Under the pieces are notes generated by a model. That model was not told the origin of the DNA. It worked only from the letters and a program-made list of their open reading frames with translations, and searched no databases. This document shows positions 8,282-16,477 of a DNA stretch of 41,252 nucleotides, piece by piece; the stretch's first letter is position 1, and each line of letters starts with the position of its first letter. The position numbers and the translations under genes are program-made. This DNA is from Chloroflexota bacterium (GTDB lineage Bacteria > Chloroflexota > Anaerolineae > Anaerolineales > UBA11858): NCBI GenBank assembly GCA_003648195.1, contig QMOK01000002.1, positions 1 to 41,252 on the forward strand, given 5' to 3'.

Positions 8282-11089
8282 ATGGCAATTGCAAACATCA
8301 CCATTGATGGACAAAAAATACAAACAGAAACTGGCCAAACTATTCTTCAGGCAGCTCGAGAAGCAGGCATCTATATCCCTGTTCTCTGCGATCATCCTGC
8401 GTTGCCTCCCGAAGGAGCCTGCCGTGTCTGTCTGGTTGAGATAGAAAAACAGAGGGCATTACAACCATCCTGCACTTTCCCTGTTTCCGATGGATTAGTG
8501 GTACACACCAAAACCGAGCGGGTTAAAAAAGCGCGTAAATTCTCTCTGGAACTGCTCATCTCAGACCATCCCCTAGATTGCATGACCTGCGACTCGACCG
8601 GCAACTGCCTGCTCCAAGACCTAGCCTACGAATATGGCGTTGAAGGAGACAGATACCACGGCAAAAAGCATAACTATGAGGTTGACGATCCTAACCCATT
8701 CATCCAAGTTGACCGCAACAAGTGCATCCTCTGCCGCCGTTGCGTGCGTGCATGCCGCGAGGTCAACGGCGTAGAAGCCATTAGCGTCTTCCACCGTGGC
8801 TTTGATGCCTATATTGGGTTTGGAGCTGATACTTACATGGCCGACAGCCCCTGCGAATTCTGCGGAAGTTGCGTGGCGGTTTGTCCCACGGGCGCGCTAA
8901 CGCCAAAAATATCACTTGGCAAAGGCCGCACCTGGCAAATCGAGCGCATACAAACCACCTGCCCCTACTGTGGCGTTGGCTGCCAAATTGAACTGGAAGT
9001 CAAAGATAATGAAATCATCAAGGCTAATTCAGTCTGGGAAGGGCCTTCCAATCACGGCTGGACTTGCGTAAAAGGCCGTTTCGGCTGGGATTACGTCCAC
9101 CACGAGGATCGGCTGACCCATCCCCAGGTGAGACGTTACCTCTTGGGGGAAGGCCAATCCAAACCGGGTGCAGCAGATCGCCACTCAGAGGTGGCCGGTG
9201 ATCCCTGGGAGTGGGTCACAACCGATTGGGATACCGCTTTCGATATCGCCGCCCGAAAATTCCGCCAGCACCGAGACGAATCTGGTCCACGGAGCATCGG
9301 CGTGCTAACCTCGGCCAAATGCACCAATGAAGAAAACTATCTCATGAACAAGTTCACCCGGCAGGTTATCGGGACGAATAGCATAGACCACTGTGCCCGC
9401 CTTTGACACAGCAGTACTGTGGCCGGTCTGGCCACTTCCTTTGGCTCGGGCGCAATGACCAACTCAATTGATGATATCGCAGATCAGGCAGAAGCATTTT
9501 TCGTCATCGGCACCAATACCACCCAGCAGCACCCCGTCATCGGGATGCGCATCCGTCAGGCAGTTCGTCAACGCGGCGCGGTGCTAATTGTCGCCGATCC
9601 CCGCCGTATTGACCTAACCGATTTCGCCACCCTGCATTTACGGCATAAATCTGGCACCGATATTGCCCTGGTTAACGGTCTAATGCACATCATCCTGGCT
9701 AACGGCTGGGAAGACAAAGAATTTATCGCCGCCCGCACCGAGGGCTTCGAAGATTTCAAAGCCCTCATCGAGACCTATACCCCAGAACGGGCAGCCGAAA
9801 TCACCGGAGTTCCAGTTGAGCAATTGCAACAAGCCGCTGAAATATTGGCGGTAAACAAACCTGCTGCCGTTTTATGGGCAATGGGCATCACCCAGCACAC
9901 CACCGGAACACATAACGTGATGAGCCTGGCTAACTTGCAAATGCTGCTGGGCAACATGGGCGTCCCCGGCGGCGGAACCAACCCTCTGCGCGGACAGAAC
10001 AACGTCCAGGGCGCCTGCGATTTAGGCGGCCTGCCAAACGTTTACCCCGGATACCAGAAAGTCACGCTGCCGGAAAACCGCGAAAAGTTTGCCAAGGCCT
10101 GGGGGGTGGCAACGGGCGATGGTCTCTCTGACCAGGTCGGCCTGACCGCCACCGAGATGATGCCAGCCGCAGCCGATGGGGAGCTTAAGGTTCTTTACAT
10201 TCTTGGCGAAAACCCCATCATGAGCGAACCGGACACAAATCACATTCGCCATTGTTTGGAGACCTGCGACTTTATCCTCCTACAAGAAATTTTCCCCTCA
10301 GAAACGTCCCCTTATGCTGATATTCTGCTACCCGGTGCTTCTTTCGCCGAGAAAGATGGCACATTCACCAATACCGAGCGCCGCATCCAAATGGGACGCA
10401 AGGCCATAAAATCTCCCGGAGAAGCCAAACCCGACTGGTGGATTACGGCTGAGTTGGCAAAGCACGTCCTAGCTGGCGGGGGTCGCCAAATTGCCGAAGC
10501 TACCTACAGCGGTTGGGATTACGAGAACCCTGCCCAAGTCATGGATGAAATTGCAGCCCTCACGCCCATCTATGCTGGAGTCAGCCACAAGCGGCTTGAG
10601 AACGGCGAGACCTTCCAATGGCCGGTCAAAGATAAAAATCACCCCGGTACGCCAATTTTGCATGTGGGCCAATTTTCCCGAGGCTTGGGTAAATTCCACG
10701 CCATTGACCACGTTCCACCTGCCGAATTGCCCGATGATGAATATCCTATGCTCTTAGGAACCGGGCGGGTGCTCTTCCACTGGCATGGCGGGGAAATGAC
10801 CCGCCGCTCAAAGGGTTTGCTAGAAATCTACCCACATGCGTTAATAGAGGTCAATGAAGATGATGCCGCCAAGCTAGATTTGGGCGAGAACAAACGAGTG
10901 CGCGTCTCATCCCGGCGCGGCAGCATTGAAGCCGAAGCCCTGGTCACCGACCGGGTTCCGCCCGGCATGGTGTATGCCAACTTCCACTTCCCAGAGGCGT
11001 CTGCCAACGAATTAACCATCGCAGCCCTTGACCCGATCGCTAAAATTCCAGAATACAAAGTGTGTGCAGTCAAAGTTGAAGCGGCCTAG
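8282..11089 (+). CDS. fdhA: selenocysteine-containing formate dehydrogenase catalytic subunit (NuoG-like Fe-S N-terminus plus Mo/W-bisPGD domain), UGA-recoded at 9404-9406
   Basis: ORFs 8282-9406 and 9419-11089 are in the same frame. The junction reads [14 protein letters not shown]. N-terminus has 2Fe-2S (CRVCLVE), HPLDCMTCDSTGNC, two 4Fe-4S ferredoxin motifs, and TTCPYCGVGC. C-terminus carries molybdopterin-binding domains. AGGAGG RBS present. Confidence 0.9.
9404..9445 (+). promoter_or_regulatory. UGA(Sec) codon plus bacterial SECIS hairpin
   Basis: GUGGCC-GGUCU-GGCCAC at 9419-9435, starting 12 nt after the UGA. The GGUCUG sits at codons +7/+8, as I recall for E. coli fdhF. Confidence 0.7.
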
Positions 11090-11097
11090 TCCCTTGG

Positions 11098-11133
11098 ACA
11101 TACCGCCCTAATGTTCGTAGGAGAGCGGTATGT
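11098..11133 (+). other. hairpin sequestering the RBS and start codon of the nuoE remnant
   Basis: 9-bp inverted repeat acataccgc / gcggtatgt. AGGAGA is in the loop and the ATG at 11130 is in the 3' arm. Confidence 0.4.
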
Positions 11134-11432
11134 TGCCTAAAACAAAAAAATATCCCCCTGCGGTTGAAAACCACAGGGTACGCGCCAGACTCTTGACGGC
11201 TCTTTACATCGCTCAGGAGCAATATGGATGGCTAAGCCCAGAAGCAATCCAACGTGTATCTGAGCGAGTTGCTCTTTCTCCCAGAAAGATTAGATCAACT
11301 GCTAGTTTTTACACTATGTTCAAGCTAGAGCCGCAGGGGAAATACCGCATCCAGGTTTGTGAAGGACTTTCATGTTACCTGGCGAGGGGAGCAGTTCACC
11401 GAAGGGAAGCGCCTCGTTGGCGAGGTGAGTGA
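11130..11432 (+). pseudogene. 5' fragment of a second nuoE-like gene (truncated)
   Basis: NuoE-like sequence (SPEAIQRVSERVALSPRKIRSTASFYTMFKLEPQGKYRIQVCEGLSCYL) breaks off after the first Cys pair. The second Cys pair is absent, and unrelated residues run to a stop. Confidence 0.7.
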
Positions 11433-11793
11433 GACGGGTATTGGCATCCCACCCGAAGACCAAGGACATCTGTTTTCTGAGTTTTTCCGCGCTAAAAACG
11501 CCAAAGAACTTGGTATTCAGGGAACTGGCCTGGGGCTAGCAATCATCAGGCGGGTTGTTGAAGTAATGAATGGAGAGATTACGGTCGAATCAGAAATTGG
11601 CCGTGGTTCAACATTTAAGTTTGCCATTCCCGTCTATAGTAATTTGCGTTCCAGACAAAATATCAGAAATAAAAGTATAATCGTATTGTCAACATCTAGG
11701 GTTGCCCACGGGTTAGTGCCACATCCACGGGGATTGCAGTGGTATCGCTTATTCTTTTTGCCACCATCGCATCAAATCATTATCTTAACTTAA
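11359..11793 (+). pseudogene. 3' fragment of a histidine kinase (HATPase_c G1-F-G2 region only)
   Basis: In the +1 frame relative to nuoE': SETGIGIPPEDQGHLFSEFFRAKN...GTGLGLAIIRRVVEVMNGEITVESEIGRGSTFKFAIP. There is no H-box/DHp, N-box or sensor part. Kinase similarity ends near 11640 and the rest of the ORF looks non-coding. Confidence 0.7.
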
Positions 11794-11807
11794 TTAGGAG
11801 GTGATAA

Positions 11808-13217
11808 GTGAAAAAATTTGTCTTATATGGCTTAATTGGAATAGGCATCATAGGCCTCATTGGGGGCATCTGGTGGTTGTTTGCTCAACCAGCAGGGGAT
11901 GGACATGGACCTTCCTTTTTCATCTCTACCGGTATCTTTTTGCTCGTCTTTGCCGCTATTAGCTTACGGTGGATGCACGAAACAGCCGCGGCGTTGCTAG
12001 GAGCGGCGACCGTTTGGCTGGTTCACTACGTTGGCGGCGCATTTTTTCCAGCTCTGCATATCATCAATTTTGAAGAATCTATGAGTTTTGTAGACTGGAA
12101 CGTGATTTGGCTAATAATGGGCATGATGATATTTATGGCCATGTTCAGCGAGACAGGCGCCATTAACTGGGTGGCTTTCCGTGCTTTTCGCCTGGCAAAT
12201 GGCAATGCTTGGCTGCTAGGAATAGCTTTATTTCTGCTCACTGCCCTAATTTCGGCTTTTCTCAATAACGTGACCGCTATTTTGCTTCTGGTGCCGTTAT
12301 CCATCCAGATTGCTCAGACGGTGGGGGTTCACCCCTTCGCTTACGTAATTCCCGAAGTACTGGCCTCCAATATCGGCGGCGCGATGACCATTATCGGCGA
12401 CCCGCCCAGCACCATTGTCGGTTCACACTTGGAACTAAGCTTTGTTGAATATCTGGCTAATATGGCTCCCATCGCCATTCTGTGCATGATCCCCTTTTTA
12501 ATTGTCATAAGTTGGCTTTACCGGCACGAGTTTGCTGGCGCAAAGACAGAGTTCTCGCCAGCCTTAGTATCCCAATTGGAAAACGACGCCCGTATCACAG
12601 ACGCGGCTTTGTTGCGCAAAGCCGGAGTAGTGGGATTATTGATGATGATTATGTTTTTTACGGGGGATTTCTTCGGCGGCATGCCTCCAGCTGTCATTGC
12701 CCTAAGTGGGGCGGCCATCCTAGTTGCCTGGGTACGTCCTGATATGCACCGCATGTTGCACGAAGTGGACTGGACAACGCTAATATTTTTTATCGGCATC
12801 TTTGTCATCGTAGGGGGACTTGAGGCTGCAGGCGTTATCTCTTGGATAGCCGGAAATATTGGCAACTTGGCCGGGGGCAGCCTGACATTAGCAACAATAT
12901 TGATGATTTGGATACCAGGTATTGCTTCAGGCATTGTAGCTAATATTCCATTCACTGTTGCAGCCCTGCCTATAGCAGACTTTTTAACCTCTACTATTCC
13001 CGGCGCAGAGAATATAGTTTTGTACTGGGCTCTTATTTTAGGCGCCGATATGGGCGGCAACTCCACTATTTTGGGATCTGCGGCTAGCATTGTCGCCGTT
13101 GGCTTATTAGCCCAGGCTGGTTACCGTCTTAGCTTTGGACGTTTTATGCGTGATGGTGTGCCAGTGGTAATAGTTACCCTTTTGACAGCAACTATCTGGT
13201 TGCTGATACAATATTAA
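11808..13217 (+). CDS. ArsB/NhaD-superfamily (citrate-transporter-like) permease
   Basis: 469-aa polytopic membrane protein. Repeated hydrophobic helices and PPSTIVG / GGNSTILGSAAS motifs are typical of this ion-transporter superfamily. GTG start 7 nt behind AGGAGGTG. Confidence 0.8.
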   Translation: MKKFVLYGLIGIGIIGLIGGIWWLFAQPAGDGHGPSFFISTGIFLLVFAAISLRWMHETAAALLGAATVWLVHYVGGAFFPALHIINFEESMSFVDWNVIWLIMGMMIFMAMFSETGAINWVAFRAFRLANGNAWLLGIALFLLTALISAFLNNVTAILLLVPLSIQIAQTVGVHPFAYVIPEVLASNIGGAMTIIGDPPSTIVGSHLELSFVEYLANMAPIAILCMIPFLIVISWLYRHEFAGAKTEFSPALVSQLENDARITDAALLRKAGVVGLLMMIMFFTGDFFGGMPPAVIALSGAAILVAWVRPDMHRMLHEVDWTTLIFFIGIFVIVGGLEAAGVISWIAGNIGNLAGGSLTLATILMIWIPGIASGIVANIPFTVAALPIADFLTSTIPGAENIVLYWALILGADMGGNSTILGSAASIVAVGLLAQAGYRLSFGRFMRDGVPVVIVTLLTATIWLLIQY

Positions 13218-13228
13218 GGAGGAATAAC

Positions 13229-13651
13229 ATGGGTAAGATTTTATGTGCCACACGTGGAGGCGAGGCTAGCTATCCTACTCAAGATGCCGTGATAGCTTTG
13301 GCAAAAGAACAAAATGACGAATTAGCTTTTCTCTACGTAGTTGACATTAGTTTTCTGAACCGAACTGCTGCTCCCTTAGTGGTAGATGTAGAATCGCGTT
13401 TAGAAAAATTGGGGCAATTTCAGTTAGTGATGGCCCAAGAACGGGCCGCATCCCAGGGCGTGGCCTCCCAGACCATTGTACGCCGAGGCCATCTCCAAGC
13501 GGAATTAGCGGCAACAGCAAAAGAGATTGGCGCAACCATTATTGTTTTGGGTGGCCCTTTAGGGCCAAACGCTGTCTTTGAAGAAGCCGCTCTCAAAACC
13601 TTTGCTGGTAAAATTGAGGAAGAAACGGGCATCAAAACTCGTATCATTTAA
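13229..13651 (+). CDS. universal stress protein family (adenine-nucleotide alpha-hydrolase fold)
   Basis: 140 aa with ILCATRGGE...AFLYVVD...ATIIVLGG layout. AAGGAGG RBS. Starts 11 nt after the permease stop. Confidence 0.75.
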   Translation: MGKILCATRGGEASYPTQDAVIALAKEQNDELAFLYVVDISFLNRTAAPLVVDVESRLEKLGQFQLVMAQERAASQGVASQTIVRRGHLQAELAATAKEIGATIIVLGGPLGPNAVFEEAALKTFAGKIEEETGIKTRII

Positions 13652-13730
13652 TTCACGAATCAACCTAAACCGCCTTCTCTCTCCTGTGTACAATAAAAAA
13701 TTGTTGTCATATTGACTACGTTTAATTTAA

Positions 13731-13763
13731 AAACCTCGGAAGTCTCGAAGACTTCCGAGGTTT
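13731..13763. terminator. 33-nt perfect palindrome, probable bidirectional terminator / stability hairpin
   Basis: aaacctcggaagtct-cga-agacttccgaggttt gives a 15-bp stem. A-run on the 5' side, but only TTT on the 3' side. Confidence 0.5.
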
Positions 13764-13816
13764 CCGACTCCAATAGTCACTAACAACACTTTCGCGTACA
13801 CCCTCTCCTCGCGCGT

Positions 13817-13845
13817 TTGATTCCATTTCCTCCGCGTGGTAAAAT
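13817..13845 (+). promoter_or_regulatory. candidate promoter of pdxS
   Basis: TTGATT, 17 nt, TAAAAT, with TGg immediately upstream of the -10 (extended -10). Confidence 0.35.
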
Positions 13846-13938
13846 CTCAGTGAATATCCTTTACTTCCCTGCGCCTAGTTTGCAAATGACAAAAGCGCAG
13901 GTAATTGTTGTTTAGTATAAATTAGGAGTTGAAAAACT

Positions 13939-14826
13939 ATGGAATCCCAAATTAGCACCTTTGCTACCAAAAAGGGGCTTGCTCAAATGCTCAAAGGCGG
14001 AGTGATCATGGATGTGGTCACCGCTGAACACGCCCGCATTGCCGAAGAAGCGGGAGCGGTTGCTGTCATGGCCTTAGAACGCGTCCCCGCCGATATTCGC
14101 GCTGATGGCGGCGTGGCCCGCATGAGCGACCCAGAATTAATCATCGAAATCATGGAAAGCGTCTCTATCCCCGTGATGGCTAAAGCCCGCATTGGGCACT
14201 TCGTTGAAGCCCAAATTCTAGAAGCCCTAGAAGTGGACTACATTGACGAATCCGAAGTTCTCACCCCAGCAGATTTGCACCACCACATTGACAAACACGC
14301 ATTCAAAACCCCCTTTGTCTGCGGCTGCCGAAACCTGGGCGAAGCTCTGCGCCGAATTGGCGAAGGTGCAGCCATGATTCGCACCAAAGGTGAAGCCGGA
14401 ACAGGAGATGTAGTAGAAGCCGTTCGCCATGCCCGCACCGTCTGGGACGAGATTCGCCGCCTACAAAACATGCCCCCCGAAGAGTTAATGTCCTTTGCCA
14501 AAGAAATTGGCGCACCCTACGAACTGGTTAAAGAAACCCGTGAGCTAGGCCATTTACCCGTGGTCAACTTTGCCGCTGGCGGAATTGCCACCCCCGCCGA
14601 TGCCGCCCTGATGATGCAATTAGGCGTAGATGGCGTATTCGTTGGTTCTGGCATCTTCAAATCTGGCGACCCCGCCAAACGCGGAGCAGCCATTGTCAAA
14701 GCCGTGACCCATTACAACGACCCCAAAATTCTCGCAGAAATCAGCCGCAACCTGGGCGAAGCCATGGTAGGCCGCAACGTCTCTGAGATTCCCGAAGCAG
14801 AACTTTTAGCACAACGTGGATGGTAG
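13939..14826 (+). CDS. pdxS: pyridoxal 5'-phosphate synthase lyase subunit
   Basis: 295 aa, near-invariant PdxS sequence ([55 protein letters not shown]). Confidence 0.96.
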   Translation: MESQISTFATKKGLAQMLKGGVIMDVVTAEHARIAEEAGAVAVMALERVPADIRADGGVARMSDPELIIEIMESVSIPVMAKARIGHFVEAQILEALEVDYIDESEVLTPADLHHHIDKHAFKTPFVCGCRNLGEALRRIGEGAAMIRTKGEAGTGDVVEAVRHARTVWDEIRRLQNMPPEELMSFAKEIGAPYELVKETRELGHLPVVNFAAGGIATPADAALMMQLGVDGVFVGSGIFKSGDPAKRGAAIVKAVTHYNDPKILAEISRNLGEAMVGRNVSEIPEAELLAQRGW

Positions 14827-14838
14827 AAAACAAAAATC

Positions 14839-14880
14839 AGTGACGAGGGACCAGATACCGAAGCTACAGCCCTCGTCACT
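14839..14880 (+). other. intercistronic hairpin between pdxS and pdxT
   Basis: 11-bp inverted repeat agtgacgaggg / ccctcgtcact with a 20-nt loop. Confidence 0.4.
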
Positions 14881-14905
14881 CCTCTCACCCCATCACCTCA
14901 AAAAT

Positions 14906-15532
14906 ATGAAAAACCTCACCATCGGCGTCCTCGCCCTTCAAGGCTCATTTAGAGAACACATCACCATGCTCAGGGCAATTGGCGTAAAAACGGCAGAAGT
15001 CCGCCTGCCTGAGCAGCTAGAAGAAATTGATGGCCTAATCATCCCCGGCGGAGAATCAACCACTATTGGAAAATTAGCCATTGACTTTGGCTTATTTGAA
15101 AAACTGCGTGCCTTCGGGCACAAAAAAGCCATCTGGGGAACATGCGCTGGAGCCATCTTCCTCTCTAAAGACGCCCACCGCCAGCAACCCCTGCTAGAAT
15201 TAATGGACATCACCGTAGAACGCAACGCCTTCGGACGCCAAATAGCCAGCTTCGAGACCGATTTAAAAATACCAGCACTCGCAAAAATCTCTTCTGATAA
15301 GGCCCCGTTCCACGCCATATTCATTCGCGCGCCACTAATAGCCACAGTAACCAGAGACGCCGAAATCCTCTCCACTTTACCCGATGGACGCATAGTAGCC
15401 GCACAGCAAGGGCGCCTGCTAGCCACAGCATTCCACCCCGAACTCACCAGCGATGACCGTGTTCATCGTTATTTTTTGAGCCTTGTTATAAGCAACAGAG
15501 AAACAAAAAATAAGCTCACAGGGGAACAGTAA
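14906..15532 (+). CDS. pdxT: pyridoxal 5'-phosphate synthase glutaminase subunit
   Basis: MKNLTIGVLALQGSFREH..., GIWGTCAG (nucleophile Cys), FHPE. The ORF-track start GTG 14816 overlaps pdxS. ATG 14906 gives the canonical N-terminus. Confidence 0.93.
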   Translation: MKNLTIGVLALQGSFREHITMLRAIGVKTAEVRLPEQLEEIDGLIIPGGESTTIGKLAIDFGLFEKLRAFGHKKAIWGTCAGAIFLSKDAHRQQPLLELMDITVERNAFGRQIASFETDLKIPALAKISSDKAPFHAIFIRAPLIATVTRDAEILSTLPDGRIVAAQQGRLLATAFHPELTSDDRVHRYFLSLVISNRETKNKLTGEQ

Positions 15533-15538
15533 ACCACC

Positions 15539-16474
15539 ATGGCCCGAAACTTCACCTGGCGAGACATCCCCACCCTCCCTCGCTACCGCAAGCAGCAAGT
15601 CTTCCTCGATACTTCCCTAAGCCTCACCTATGCGCCTGGAATATTGTTGGGCGTCTTGCAATCTTTAATATTCATCGAAAATTTTTGCATCGCCACTCAC
15701 TCTCTTCCCAACCAAGAAACAGATGACCTCATTGGGCAGGTTTGCCATTCTGCCCACAAAACATCTGCCCATCTAACCTTCATAGCTCCTAAAAATGCGC
15801 TCGCACATTCAGATGTGGTGAAATTATTGACACACCTTTGCCGCCAAGCTGGAGAGAGGGGAGCGCTTTGGGTGTTAGCAGAAGTGGAAGAGGGGACAAA
15901 ACTGACGGAGCACCTGCTGCGAGCGGGCTTCACACCCTATGCCGAGCAAAGCATTTGGCGTTTTCCTGCTGGAATTCAGGGTACTTCTTCCCCCTTGGCG
16001 TGGAAGCCTGTTTCGGCCCGTGACCTGGGCGAAATCCATTCCCTGTACCAAAAACTCATCCCCAGCGCCGTGCGGCGCATAGAACCCCCTCCCACTGCCT
16101 CTGATCTTCAGGGTTTAGTTTGCCGCCACAATGGAGAACTTGTTGGCTATGCCGCCGCTCAATTCGGGCCAAAGGGCGTGTTATTAGATGTTTTGTTAGA
16201 CACCTCCCAGAATGGCACCCAGGCCCATTTAACAGCTATCCGCCAAAACCTCCCCCTCACACGCCAACAACCAGTTTACGTTCGGGTTCGCACTTACCAG
16301 CAAAAATTGGCGACCGCGCTTGAATCTCTCCAATCTTCCTCAAGCCCCACTCAAATAGTAATGGTTAAAAAATTATCTGCCAATTATCAGGTGAAACAAA
16401 CTTTTAACCTCCCCGTGTTAGAGCAACAACCAGACGTCTCTACGCCTTTTGTAAATTCAGAATCAAAGTCATAA
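15539..16474 (+). CDS. hypothetical protein, possibly a degenerate two-domain GNAT fold
   Basis: 311-aa ORF packed 6 nt after pdxT and 3 nt before the next gene. Has GNAT-like C-terminal strands (AGFTPYAEQSIW, GELVGYAAAQ) but I see no Q/RxxGxG/A acetyl-CoA motif. Confidence 0.55.
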   Translation: MARNFTWRDIPTLPRYRKQQVFLDTSLSLTYAPGILLGVLQSLIFIENFCIATHSLPNQETDDLIGQVCHSAHKTSAHLTFIAPKNALAHSDVVKLLTHLCRQAGERGALWVLAEVEEGTKLTEHLLRAGFTPYAEQSIWRFPAGIQGTSSPLAWKPVSARDLGEIHSLYQKLIPSAVRRIEPPPTASDLQGLVCRHNGELVGYAAAQFGPKGVLLDVLLDTSQNGTQAHLTAIRQNLPLTRQQPVYVRVRTYQQKLATALESLQSSSSPTQIVMVKKLSANYQVKQTFNLPVLEQQPDVSTPFVNSESKS

Positions 16475-16477
16475 ATT

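Noticed and set aside
11696-11745. Partial resemblance to guanidine riboswitches: a CTAGGGTT start and ACGG-loop hairpin ATCC-ACGG-GGAT.
   Set aside because: The other conserved ykkC blocks (GGUCCGAGAG, AAAAGCCCGGGAG-like) are absent. Only one of the two ACGR hairpins expected for mini-ykkC forms a stem. The downstream gene is not a guanidine exporter or carboxylase.
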